Positions 37,686 to 49,766 of a DNA stretch of 64,000 bases are shown here, one piece after another (the stretch's first letter is position 1; each line of letters begins with the position of its first letter). Made by a program: the position numbers and the translations under genes. Under the pieces are notes generated by a model, which was not told where the DNA came from, searched no databases, and saw nothing but the letters and a program-made list of their open reading frames with translations. The DNA comes from Eremomyces bilateralis CBS 781.70 (Eukaryota), in NCBI GenBank assembly GCA_010015585.1, contig ML975149.1; one strand, given 5' to 3'.

Positions 37686-39470
37686 TTATTCTTGCATGGC
37701 ATCCGCGTCAGTCTTGTTGTCACTCAATAAGTCCTCCAGCTTAAACTCAGCTGCCCATTCCTTGACAATCTGCTTTTGATCTCCAGAACCACCGTCAGTC
37801 GAAGCGACTGGCGAAGTAGGAGCATCCCTCCAACCTTGTATCCTGCCATCCCTCCAGTCTGTCAGGACTGTTTGTGCCGCAGCATGGATATTTGGTACAC
37901 CGCCTCTCCCAAGCCTGCCTCGTTTTCGAGCGACTTGGACTAAAAAGTCCGTTGTCTGGTCTCCGTCGATGGTCATCAAGGGGGGCAGACCGTACACGTC
38001 GAGAAGTTTGGAAAACATCTCCTCCGAAGATGACATCCTCTTCAGCAGTAGTTGAACGGCCGGAACCGGATCGTCGACCTCTTTTGGCGGGACGGCATTC
38101 AGCAAGATTAATCGTGCCTTGGACTCGGATTTGCTATCTTCAGCACCTCCTTCGTGTGGGAAAACGATTCCAGGCGAGTCGAGAAGTTTCAGCTTATTGT
38201 CCAGCTTCACCTGCCTTAAACTCGTTGTAACACCCGCCTCTGCACCCACAGGGCATGCTCCGGAGCCCCTGCCCATACGCGAAGAAAGGGCATTGATTAC
38301 ACTACTCTTCCCTACGTTCGGATACCCAATGACGCCGACCGATATCGCACGCTTCGCGGCCTTTGCCTGAGCGTAGCTCTTTAACGCCTTGAACAAGGTC
38401 TCGGTTGTGGCCTTGACTGTTAACTGCTTATGGTCGAATGTGCGGGCATTTGGGGCCTCTTTCGATGCACGGAGGGGTAGGGTGGGGAAGTAACGTCGAA
38501 GATGGACTAGCCAGGCTTTCAGGACCGGAGGTGGAACCAGATCGATTTTGTTGAGAATGAGAATGAGTCGTTTTGAGCCGCTCTCCGAGGCCATGATGGC
38601 TCGCTCGATTTCGCGTGAACGTGTGCCATCCGGATCACGGGCGTCTAAGACATAAAGGATAACGTCGGCAGATGAGAGCACCTGCTTGAAGACTTTATCG
38701 TATGCGCGCCGGGACGTGTCTTTGGCTGTAGCGGCATGGCGGTGTTGGTCATCGGCGGAGTCTGATTCAAATCCATCAAACTCGGCATCCGAATCCGAAT
38801 CGTCCATTTCGTCGCCATGGGCGTCTCCATGCGCCCGGTCGTACTCAGCTGCTCGTGCTGTAGCGGAGGCCAAGAGTGCGGCAAGAGGGTTTGAACCGCC
38901 CTATGAGGTGTTAGAATACGCACCAAAGGGTAGATAGGTGCAAGTGACTCACTTCTTCCATGTCCTCATCCTGTAGATCATCGTCCTGTAGATCATCGTC
39001 CATGTCATCTTCCGACATCTCGTCGTCGGGCCCTTTTGTCGTGGCCTGTCCATTTGGCTGGGAACTCTGCGCGCTGGCAGCCTTGACACCATCCTTCCGC
39101 CGTTGATTGTCCTCGGCTCGGATCCGTTTCTTCTCCTCGATCTGGTCAAGGATCTTCTCCTTGAATGGAAAGAGGTTGGGGATACCTGGATCCTTCTTTA
39201 ACCGACTTCGCCATGTTGGATCCTGGGGTGTCTGGTCAGCCTCCAATTCGGAACTCGAATCGTTTCCTAGCGCGGTTTCCCAGTGTGGTCCAGCAGGGAG
39301 CAAGAGAACCTACATGTTTGGCGGTTTTGCGATCTTTCCGCTGTTTGGCTGCGGCGGCTTTCTCGATCTTGTGCTTTCGGCGCACAGGCACTCGCTTGGA
39401 TTTTGGCTCTGCAAATCATTAGCGCAGATCCGTCTAACATTCTGCGAAAGTACTTACTCCCGACCTTCAT
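37686..39470 (-). CDS. NUG1: Nuclear circularly permuted GTPase Nug1/Grn1 (60S biogenesis), 530 aa; complement(join(37686..38900,38953..39222,39314..39408,39458..39470))
   Basis: MKVGKPKSKRVPVR, KKDPGIPNLFPFK, VLDARDP, LNKIDL, GYPNVGKSS, DSPG, RGRLGRGGVP. Confidence 0.96.
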
Positions 39471-39559
39471 GATGTTGTCCAGGAAAACTTCCTACGTATA
39501 TCAACTGCACTGGGAGGATGCGATTGTCGTGCAGATTAGAGAGTCCTGGTCAAGTGGTG

Positions 39560-39567
39560 GAAAATTT
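39560..39567. promoter_or_regulatory. RRPE-like motif upstream of NUG1
   Basis: GAAAATTT 90 nt upstream of a ribosome-biogenesis gene; a similar GCGATG...GAAATTT lies upstream of SAS10 (57539-57563). Confidence 0.35.
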
Positions 39568-39745
39568 ATGTGGGGCATGCCGAGATTTCGACACACCCTG
39601 CACAATACCAGTCACCTGACTTCATTCATTCCTGGACAAGATTTAGTAGCAGCCCATATCTTCGTCAGTTTCTCTTCCTAAGTGAAATTGCAAAATTTGC
39701 GAGATATTGAGATCTAAAACTAAAAAAGAACCCGAAAAAAAGAAG

Positions 39746-39752
39746 AAAAAAA
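39746..39752 (-). terminator. Pol III T-tract terminator of tRNA-Arg
   Basis: T7 run ~10 nt downstream of the tRNA 3' end. Confidence 0.8.
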
Positions 39753-39761
39753 GTAAAGCGT

Positions 39762-39851
39762 CACCTCAGACGGGACTCGAACCCGCAGCCTTTGGATTGC
39801 CTTCCCTGATCGGGGTAGAAGTCCAAAACGCCACCATTGCGCCACTGAGGC
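39762..39851 (-). tRNA. tRNA-Arg(UCU) with an 18-nt intron
   Basis: Acceptor GCCTCAG/CTGAGGT, D-arm GCGC..GCGT, anticodon stem TTGGA/TCCAA with CT-TCT-A[ccccgatcagggaaggca]A, T-arm GCGGG-TTCGAGT-CCCGT. Confidence 0.95.
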
Positions 39852-40527
39852 ACATGTTTTCAAATAGAAATTGCAGTCTAAAATATATAACGTAACCGAT
39901 GATACCGCCTGGTGTGGTCTGTCATTGTGGCGGAGCTGCTTTTCACTGATGGAATGCCGGTTGGGTCTGAGCCGCATCTACCGCACGCCCATCAAGGCGG
40001 ATTTCGGAGAGCGTTGCTCTCTACGCAGCATAAATTGTTATCCTGCGCCTCCAATGCTCATCCCTTACCGAAATGCCTCGTGTCAGCCGGATGTCTTGCG
40101 CTGATCCATCTCCCAGTTCCCCCCCTACACGCGCAGACAGGAAAAGCATCCTTTTCTTCCAAGGAACCATTACCCAGTGTCCTACGGTTTACTGCCACGC
40201 TGAGAGGCTATGCTGCAGACAACTATGGCGATAGGGGCTCAAGGTTCAGCATCCTTTGTGCCTCCCAACTTTCCCCGAAGTACTTGGGAATGGTCGCTGG
40301 TAGTAATTATTGAGTCTTCCCTTTCTCGTATTTTCCGGGTGTTTCTCGCCTGCTTAAGTCGGAGCAGTATGTACTACATCATATTTCATCAATTGGGTTT
40401 AACCCCTTACTCAAAACCAGGAGGGTGAATTTTCTTATATTTACCGGCAACTTGCTGCGTTGATTATTCTTGGTCATTCTATTCCCATCGTCTTATAAAG
40501 GGATCGCGCGTTGACCCTTCATTCATC

Positions 40528-42922
40528 ATGTCACTCTTCCCCTTTGACGATAAGGAGTCAAAGAAGAGCGAGGATCGAAAGCCTAGCGATGCCCCTCCAG
40601 CATATACAGAAGAGAATGAAACCCAAGGCGGACCAAGCCATGCTGCTGCTCCATTCGATCTCGCTGCGAGACTGGGAAGTCTCGACCTGGCGTCGTCGCC
40701 AGCTTCTCCAACATCGTCCCAGTGCATCGCACACTTGAAATTCCTCCAAGCTCTGTACCACCTCCGCCAAGATGTCATAACGAAGGTCGGTCTATTTGGC
40801 ATCAAGGGATCAGCCCACGAGGATGGTGAGATCGCCGAGTGGGATCCTACTCCAAAGTATGGCGACAAGAGCGGTGCCGAGCCGCGGGCTAAAGTCCGCG
40901 AAAAGAGATGGGAGATATACGTCTCCAGAGCCGTTGACCGATTCACCGCGTGGTGGTATACTCAGATCCCTACTACATATAAAGGGGCGCGGTGCGGAAT
41001 GCTAAAACGTGGAAATATGGTAGACCCACAGGGCCTTGAAAATATTGCGTTGAAGGGGTTTCCAATCGTCCAGCTGGCCAGTCCCGATCAATTGCCCCCT
41101 CTCGGTCAGATGCCTCATCTATGTCATACAATAACACCGGCTAATAGATGCAGATGTACTTATGGTTTGGCATTCCTACATGCTCAATCCGAGAAATTTC
41201 TTCGAGGACTGTTTTCGTTCCGGAAAGATGGACTTCTACGCCACACCTTTCCCATGGCAGTCCATCTGTGCTGTGATTGATAACCTGGCCTTTGACTACA
41301 AGCCGTCGGGAACCGCACAAGCGCATTGGGAATCATCGACAGGGCTGCGGTGGGACAACCTTTATGATTCATTCACGAAACGAATCCGTTGCCCAAAGTG
41401 CAACCAAGCGAACGATGTCCCTTGGACCGCGGGCGCAGGCTTGACTGGGTATGACGGTAGCTTCAAGCCAGGGTATGGATATGCGGACCAACTGTTTGGG
41501 ACTGCTTGCTATAATTGCAACACCGCGATCAATCATGACCTTCTACGGGTCACGAAGTTCAGGCGGGATGTTCAGAATCTCGTGATGTACGACATTCCCA
41601 TGCCTGGAACGATCTTGGACACAAATGGGAAGCCGCCGAAAGTTTCCATCCGGATATTCGGGACCCCCCTCCCTCCACCTAACGACTTTCCATCTTCAAT
41701 CATCAAGGCGGGATTGCATCGGGAAATCATGGACTCTACGAATCCTTCGCACGGGAGCGCTTCAATGGAAGTAATTAAGACAACTTTTGAGACCAGTGGC
41801 TTGCGAGATAAATTCCTCCTCAGTCAAAGTACAGCTGGAAATCGCGCTTGGACCACAAAAGAGGAGCGCATAGCAGTTCGCCGCATGATGAGCCGATACT
41901 GGCATAACAGCTCGCCTTTCGCGCTGGACCTCGTTGGTGCTGTGGTCCGCCAGGGCGACTTTGTTGACAAGATGAATAACATCGATTGGATCCACTCACC
42001 AGCCCTGAGTTCCACCATGGTCCGACTTTTGATGAAGTACGGTCGCTTCATCACCATCATGGCGAATCACCCCGGTCGATGTGCGGTCCCGACCCTTGAC
42101 ATCGACCTCGCGTGGCACACCCACCAGCTCTCCCCCCAATCGTATTACCGGTTCACAACCACCCTCACCGGTCAGTTTATCGATCACAATGACAAGATCG
42201 AGGAGAATGATCTCCACGGAGCCTTCACCTGGACCAGCAAAGTCTACCAAGAACTGTACGAAGAACCGTACTCCGAATGCACCTGCTGGTATTGCGAAGC
42301 AGTCCGAGAATCGCACAGCTCTTTGCTCGACCGTGTCTTCAAACCAGGGAAGCATGCCGCCCTCGACAACCTACATGACGCCAACGGTGATCCGACCGTA
42401 GCGAGCAATCCTCTCCTCTCGCCGCACATCTCCGCCCATAATGCCGTGCGCACGGAAAATACTGATGTAGCAACCCGGGTCGAGCATGCGCGGATCGAGG
42501 CGAACTACAATAAAGCATGTCGACGGGCGAAGAAAAAGGGGCATAAAGAGCCGGAACGAGTTACATATTATGCCGCGTACGCCTGGGGATATCCGGTCTA
42601 TATGCCAATCTACTATCCGTATGCTGTGGATCCAGCATACGCAGGAAGTGGGGCGGTTTACCCGGCTGATCCAGCTTATGTCGCGACCGGGGCGGGAAAT
42701 TATGGTGCTTGTGCTGCAGGGACTTGCGGGGGGCTTGTAGCGAGCGGTGGATGTGGGGCTAATGGTTACAACGGGGGTTGCGGCGGCGGCGTAGGGGGCG
42801 GTTGCGGAGGCGGCGGGGGCGGGGGAGGAGGCGGTTGCGGCGGCGGAGGAGGGGGTGGTTGTGGCGGCGGAGGAGGGGGTGGTTGTGGCGGCGGCGGCGG
42901 CGGCGGGGGCGGGGGCTGCTAA
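40528..42922 (+). CDS. Glycine-rich domain-containing protein (GRDP/DUF1399 family); join(40528..41104,41154..42922)
   Basis: CIAHLKFL, RWEIYVSRAVDRF, LPPLDVLMVWHSYMLNPR (across the intron), FALDLVGAVVRQGDF, VPTLDIDLAWHTHQLSP, Gly/Cys tail. Confidence 0.9.
42773..42919 (+). repeat. Coding low-complexity repeat (G6-9C)n
   Basis: GGCGGGVGGGCGGGGGGGGGGCGGGGGGGC...; near-identical 24-bp units ggcggcggaggagggggtggttgt. Confidence 0.9.
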
Positions 42923-43236
42923 ATATTCCCTGCAATCCATACAATGAGCATGACAACGAGTTTCTTGACCTATCCAAGGACCTTATTGAATAGTGATTGG
43001 AATGCTTTATTAGAACGAACCCGTCAATCAGAGGTTGACTGTGAACATTGGAGGAGTCTTTCGTTCCTGAATCGATCTCATTTTGGAGGATTCAACCTCG
43101 TATATCAATATGAAAGCATTCCTTTGCTTGTAGCCCTTAGTCGAATTTTCACTCCCAGTAGTAGAACTAGTAGTATATTCTATATTCTGTGTTACGTCTC
43201 GCGTGGTATTTGTCGAGCTCCGATTGGCAACTTTGA

Positions 43237-44134
43237 TCAAGTTTGCTTCTTGCCGGCTTTCCTCTCGCGCTCTCTTTTCGCATATATCTCTCCCGTGAAC
43301 GGACTATCAAATGGTTAACGCTTTATCAAGGTGATATATAAGCTTACGGTTTGGACATTAGACTTACTCCTCAAATTGCAAAGCGACTTGATACACCGCC
43401 GCAACGATGCCGGTCAGGAGTATGCCTGCCGGTTTCCCAAACCACAGGGCCGTGGCCAAAAAGCTCATGGTGCTGCCCCAGTACATGGGCGCATCTGTGA
43501 CATTGAAGGGAAAGCTCGTCACCTTCTCGTCCATCAATATTCCAAAATAGTCGCCCAGGTAAGTACCCGTGACCCCAAGCACCCACATGCTCGAGAGGAC
43601 AAGCACGTTGCCGGAGGCGAAAAGCATGACTGCTAAGGGATTGACAATTGGGGACGATGCAAGAGTGGGGGAGCTGGGCTGCTCGCGTAAGGCGCGTTCG
43701 TACCTGAGGTAGAATGAGTTTTGCACTATACATGGCTAGGAATGGGGCCGGGAAGACGTACAAAAGGTCACGTATGATGCCGATGGAGAAGATGGTCACA
43801 CCGAGGGCATAGCAACCTATGCGGGAGCTGCCTCCGAAGAGCTTCGTGATCACTTTGTTGTGATATTCTTAAGGCATACATGTCAATTGACTTTGTTCGG
43901 CAGACGGGATGAACGGTCGATTGTGGCCACGCGTACCTTGTCTTGCAGCAATACTAACAAGCAGCTCATTAGCAAGATATCATGGTAACCTTCAGAGAAT
44001 CACTTACTTCCAGAACGTAGGATTGAACACAATCATCCCCGCCGATACTGCTGCTGTTAGCTAGGTGATACAGAAGGGTCTGAAGCTAACGAACACCAGA
44101 AGCTCGGCTTGGTGAAATCCACGTATTCGAACAT
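43237..44134 (-). CDS. OPI3: Phosphatidyl-N-methylethanolamine N-methyltransferase (Opi3/ChoC), 201 aa; complement(join(43237..43303,43368..43703,43762..43867,43937..43953,44008..44047,44095..44134))
   Basis: FNPTFWNIAARQEYHNK, GCYALGVTIF, LGVTGTYLGDYFGILM..VT.FPFNV..APMYWGSTMSF, FEDPFT..IY; six exons total 606 nt. Confidence 0.95.
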
Positions 44135-44333
44135 GATCGCAATCGGACGCTAAAGGTAACGGGATGAGTTCAATAGTATGCTTTAGAAAAAAATAAATTG
44201 ATGATGAATGTACAGTAGTAGTAGAAGGTTGCAACGTATGTGGAGGGGAGGGACAAATTTTCCTAATTGCATCCTCAATCGGCCGACGGCCATAGCAACA
44301 GATGTAGCACCGAATAAACGACGTCACAAAGAG

Positions 44334-44363
44334 GGGCACGTGACAGGGGGCTGGAGTCACGTG
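44334..44363. promoter_or_regulatory. Two E-boxes (GTCACGTG, one on each strand) upstream of OPI3
   Basis: CACGTG at 44337-44342 and 44358-44363, ~200-230 nt upstream of the ATG. Confidence 0.45.
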
Positions 44364-44594
44364 GGATACAGGTGCTACATTATTCAATACCGATATTTAT
44401 GGAAGGTGCCGTACCTGTTTGATTGCATTGAGGACGGGATGTCTGGAGTCTGAATGGATTTTGGTATTGAGATCTTTTCCAAACAAAAATTGGATGATTT
44501 GAGAAGAAGTTCGGATCTGGTTTTAACGACCTTGGTATTTCCCCTCGACTCTCCGGACACACATCACATCCTCTCTTCCTCTCTCCCTCACTCG

Positions 44595-47500
44595 TTAAAC
44601 ACACGCCCAGCTACATGAGCACACGCACGCCTTATAGTTCTGCGCCATCCACGGCTGCATCCCCGGGCCCCACGCCAACTCTTCGCTAACGCTGCCGCAT
44701 CGCGTGCACCGCCGGATCGCTGCCCCTTCGCGCAGGGGCGTTTTACGGATTACATCGATCATCGGTACCGGACGTCCACCGCTGGCCGATGATCCGGTCG
44801 GTGCTCGTACCATCGTTGCACGCAGAATTGGCGGCTGATCAGGTGGAACGGTAGTTGCGGCGGCGCTACCGGGCGCGTTGTTCGCATTTGTAGAACCTGC
44901 CATGTTGGCAGGCTGTTTTCCGCTGGCAGGGGCGCCAGCGGTGGCTTGGATAGGCTCCGCGCCATCATTTGGCGCGGATCGCTTGTGCTGGATGGAAAGA
45001 TCGTATGAAGCGGGGAGGAAGCGTCGTGAAGGTCCGTCATCGGTAAGGCCGAGCCAGCTTACATCGTGCGCGTAGATTCGGTACGGGTCGAGATGCTTGC
45101 TCATATTCGGCAGTGAAACCTGGAAGATGCGGACGACCGCTGGTCCGAGTAGCGGCGGGATTTTCCCGGTGATGAACAGCTCCCGCTCGATCTTTGAGCG
45201 CCCGTCGGCAGAGATTGGCCCATTTTTCCCCGGCTCGCGAGCGGCGGCGTAACACTGCTTGATGCTTGCGTCGAGTTCTTTCAGGAAGTTGTCCAGATGC
45301 TGTTGCTGTAGCAAGGCTAGAAGAGGTGTATCACGAAATGGTGCGGAGACGCGGTGCCAGTCGGCTTTTTGGTCCGGGGTGGTCGCAGCTTTCATGCAGT
45401 TGATGGAATGGATGTACGCGTTCTTCAAACTGCGAACGCAAGTTCGGATAAGGAGGCGAGGAACCGAGGCGAGCATGACGGCTAGCACCGGGGAATTGGC
45501 ATCGTCGACCTTGGATTGAATGCGTACGAGGTTCTGCTCATGACCTAACAGCTCGCGAGCGAGGTCATAGAGGTCTTGAAGGACGTAGACAAGGAAATCA
45601 AGGCTATACTTGACATGCCCGATGAGGGAAATGGCGAGATCTGGTTCAGTTAGCGATGTAGTTGTCTCGTGGTCCTAAATATGGCATACCTAGCTTGAGC
45701 GGTTCGTTGTGGCGTATACTCATCGTCAAACTCGTAGCTATCAATTTCAGGTTCAAGGTGATCCACGCCAGTTTTCCGCTGACGTTTCTGAACCCGTGTT
45801 TCACCGTTCCCATTCCCGCTTGTGCACTCAACGTTTTGTAGAGTGCAGGTACCCTGAACAGCTGGTAAGCGTTCTTTTGCGCTTCTTCCGTGCTGTAATC
45901 TAGGTTCAGATTCATGGCTCGTATGGCTTGCTGAAAGAACTCATTGATGACAGAGACATGAGCGTTCGATCCGAGCATCGCGAAAATATCGTCCGTCGTG
46001 CACAATTGCCCGCAAGCGCACGAATGATGCAGAGCTAATGCCACCGCAGCATTTGAGACCATTCCTGATCCAGGAGCAGTCGCCATGCCTTCTGATGGGT
46101 GCGCTAAGTCGCCCATAAGATATTCCATTTTCCGGATCGTAATCCTAGACCCTTTATCGGTCTTTTCGTCGTCATCGTGAAGGACGGCTGCGATACAGTA
46201 ATTTGGCGAAAACGCGATGTGTAGAGAAGGGGGGGCATTTAGGAAGGCAAAGCCACCTTGCATAAGCGTATAGATCTCTGCCGGGTCCTGTTCTGTAACG
46301 ATGGTAGACATGGTTGAACGATCTCGGAACTCAATACTCCCATCCGCATATGCGACGGCCAGAACCGTATTGAAGCGTAGAGAGACAATACTGATTACGG
46401 CGACATTTGAAGACCAAGCCGGTTTCTGGTGTAGTCGCCACTGCTGTCCTTGAGGGAAGTAGGTTGAGAGGGGTCGTTTCTTCCCGGACAGCGAGTCGAA
46501 TGCTTCGGACAGCTTTGCGGGAGGTGCTGCTTTTAATTCCCAAGCGCAAGCCGTAGCATGGCAGAAATATGGACGAGACGTATCACCCAGAAGAGCATCC
46601 GCAGACGAGGGTGCGGAAAACTCATGAAATACGCCAAGGACGGTAGGATACGTTTTGTCCGCATGCACCCGCTCTGGCTCCGAAGGAAGGAATTCGAGAT
46701 GTGTGAGGGTAGGAATGTAAGGTCTTGGTTCGATTGATAGCCCGTCTCCCTCACTCGTTAGACTCGACGGGGGAAAGCAGTCGGATTCAGATGTTACAGG
46801 CGAGAGTTTGATGGCAGGCATGTTGAGGGTAGGCCCTTCCCCATTGCCTTGTCCTGGATTCGCGGCCGTTTGAGGCTGCCACTCAATTCGAATGCGGCAC
46901 ACTTTTAGACTACAGGACATGTTATACGTGGCCATCAACAGCGTGGGATCTACGAAACATTGTAAGTCGATTGTCCAGTCCCTGTCGGAAGACGAACATA
47001 CCATTGTCCGGTAGGTTCTCCGGCGCGAAAGCTGCATGCGACAGCAACGACTCGGATGATTGGGTTGAGTCAGGGAGCATAGTAGTAGTCTCTAACCATC
47101 GCCCGTCTTGGACTTGAAATAACAGGCGGAGCTGGGAGGACTTGTGAAGTACCAATACAGCAGAGCGGCCCTCACAAGGGTTATGGGGACCGGGGAACAA
47201 GTGATTGGACAGTTGGTAGTTCCACTCGCCCTGATTTCTGCTACCTTTCCAAAATACATGGTTCTATTTGCAGATTAGAGGAGGACGAGAATTCGGAAAT
47301 TCCTGGGAATGGATACCTTTTGGTTCTGAGGAAACACGGGGAGCCAGTGCAGGCCCACGATGGAAGTGACATCGCCGAAATGGCCTCTCGAGGTCGAATG
47401 CAAGGGCTGAAGTCGTCCAAGGGAATTTCCCATGCTGAATACATGAACATGACCAACCGAGTCCGCCAAAGCAAGGTCGTTTCCTAAGTAACTCCAAGCG

Positions 47501-47966
47501 ACGTGGGAGAAATAGCTACCTTCGGGCAACGGTGGGATTCGGAAAGGAATCTTCTGCGAAAGCTTCCATTCGCCATCTTGTGGATCCCGGGAGAAGTTAT
47601 ACAATTCTACCGACTTGTTGTCTGAGGAGATGGCGGCCAAAAGGCCGAATCTCGACCAAGAGATGTTCCTTCAGCGGAATTAGACGTCGAGACCCTGTTT
47701 CATTGGAGAAGGACTTACTGTTTGCAACCTGCTGCATGTAAGTCCGCCAGACGTTCTGGCAGATATTTTAACAGCGGACGAGGGGGCATCGGAACTGGCA
47801 GCTGTCCGTTCAACTGATTGCCCAGTTGGCCATTCAATTCATGACCATCCAAATTTCCGGTGATCTGACCCCCAAGTTGACTTCCGAGGTTGACAGATTC
47901 GGAGTCGCCAAAGAGATCATCCACATCCATTCCATAGTCATCCTCCAGGTTGAACTCATCCGCCAT
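44595..47966 (-). CDS. MED16: Mediator subunit Med16/Sin4, ~1055 aa; complement(join(44595..45640,45690..46949,47002..47263,47317..47668,47719..47966))
   Basis: MDVDDLFGD, GCKQNISWSRFG, HVAWSYLGNDLALADSVG, GPHNP, AYADGSIEFRDR, HIAFSPNYC, C-terminal DVIRK..L..RRCTRC...CVC...W; four GT-AG introns keep frame. Confidence 0.92.
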
Positions 47967-49242
47967 GGTGGGCGGATCCTATAGGAACAGGGGGAGAATA
48001 CTAGCACTGTGAAAGGGGCGACAATAGGCTTCTGGTACCGTAACTCCAGGTTTGATTAAGACAACGGCACATTTTAGAACGGTATGTACTCATGCGTGGG
48101 CGTAACAGTGAACCCGGTCATTTGGCGGACTCCAAAGCTTTGGTGCAATGCGATGATGCTATAATGTGGTATTGTCGTAGAGCGTTTCTTGCAGAGAGTT
48201 TGGTAGACTCCTCTCGAGTCATGCGAGGGATATGAGATTATTTGCACATGATGTGGGAGGGGACAATGTTAGCAGAATGAATAGCGAAGATTCAGGAGAA
48301 ATCAAAGTCGGGTCTTCACCTAAAATGATGGTGTTGAGGGCTTTTAGAAGGAACATGCAATCTGATGCTGTGGTGAATAATAATGGAGATGATCAGCGAC
48401 TGGAGAGTGGAGAACCAGACCTGGGTGATGAATGTGGCTGTGCGATGAAATATGCTGTGGCAGTGTAGGAGGACAAGCGTTTCAGCCTCAGGCAATCAGG
48501 CTACGAGACGCGGATCTGACGCGCTTGTTCCTCATTCAGTTGTTCTGTTATGCTCTCCATCACAATATCATAATAATAGTACCTCAATTGATCCAACCGT
48601 CGTGCTTTGGATTAATTACTTGCAAATGATATTAAAACACCTCGGGTACTTACTTTTTTGGTTATAACTAAGATTGCATTGTTGGAAGCACTGACCTAGC
48701 CACGCACCTGGAACCACCTCTCAAATCGGCGGGTTCATCACCTCCAACGCCCCAGCAACCGCCTACACTGTGGGTGCCCTGGGTGGTCTGTGATGTTGGA
48801 ACTTGGATGGCAGCGATGGCTCGTAGAAGTCGAAGTGAGCAATTGAGCACGCCCAAGTAAACAGGAAGTGGCAGCGTGCCCAATGGATTCGGGATTCTAC
48901 TTATCAAGGCATTTAAATTTTCAAGTGGAAGAATCCAACCTAGCCCTTGTTTACCTAAATCCTATAACCTATGGTTTCAGCAAACATCAATTTGTTGTGT
49001 TGGATTTGAAGGTCAGAAGGTAGCATCGTCGCATTGAGGACCCCCGCTGGCAGCCCAACAACCTTGATCAAAGTTGGGGGAGTTCCCGCCTCCCGGCTCC
49101 CGTCAACACCCCAACACTCCCCGCTCCCTTCAGTCGCTTGTTCAGAAAGTCAACATGCAGTCCTGCTGAAGTATGGTAATGCTCCTCCGTAGCATCAGAG
49201 TGAGCGAATCATCGTCCAGTCATCGTCCCCCATCCCTGAAGA

Positions 49243-49270
49243 ACTAGGAATCTGCACTAGGAATCTGCAC
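49243..49270. repeat. 13-bp direct tandem duplication ACTAGGAATCTGC x2
   Basis: actaggaatctgc actaggaatctgc ac. Confidence 0.85.
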
Positions 49271-49766
49271 CAGCCAACGGGAGACGACGTTGCCGGACCT
49301 CATCTGTCGCTTTCCTCTTTCCTTCTCTTTCCTCGTCAGCGTTTCTTAACCTTTACATCCTCTTTCTCTCTCGCTTCTCAGGGTTGAAACCAGGACCACC
49401 ATCACCACCCCCCGTCCATGCGCGCTACATCGCTTTATCGTCGTATAACCGTATCGCCCCGGGGTGGATGAGTGGGCCGAACGAGTGAGCGAGGTTGTGT
49501 GCTCGTTGTTGGTCGGCGTCGTCGATGTGTGATTTGTTGTCGTCGAAGTCACTACACCCATCGAACGAACGAACCGCCGGTCGCTCCTGCCGCGTTTTGC
49601 GTGTTTTGCGCTTCACTTCCTCCCCCGCGCCTTCCTAACTCGACTTCCCTTCCAACTTCACTTCCTTTCTCTTCTTCCTCCTGTTCTTCCTCTTCATTTC
49701 CCCCGGAAACTGCCATTCTCATCATAAATCATCATTACCGTCACTGTCACCGTCACCGTCGCCATC

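Noticed and set aside
3..39851. Co-occurrence of tRNA ligase TRL1 and an intron-containing tRNA
   Set aside because: 40 kb apart, and intron-containing tRNAs are common and dispersed in fungal genomes
42778..42993. Arg-rich protamine-like ORF
   Set aside because: Alternative frame of the poly-Gly tail of the GRDP gene
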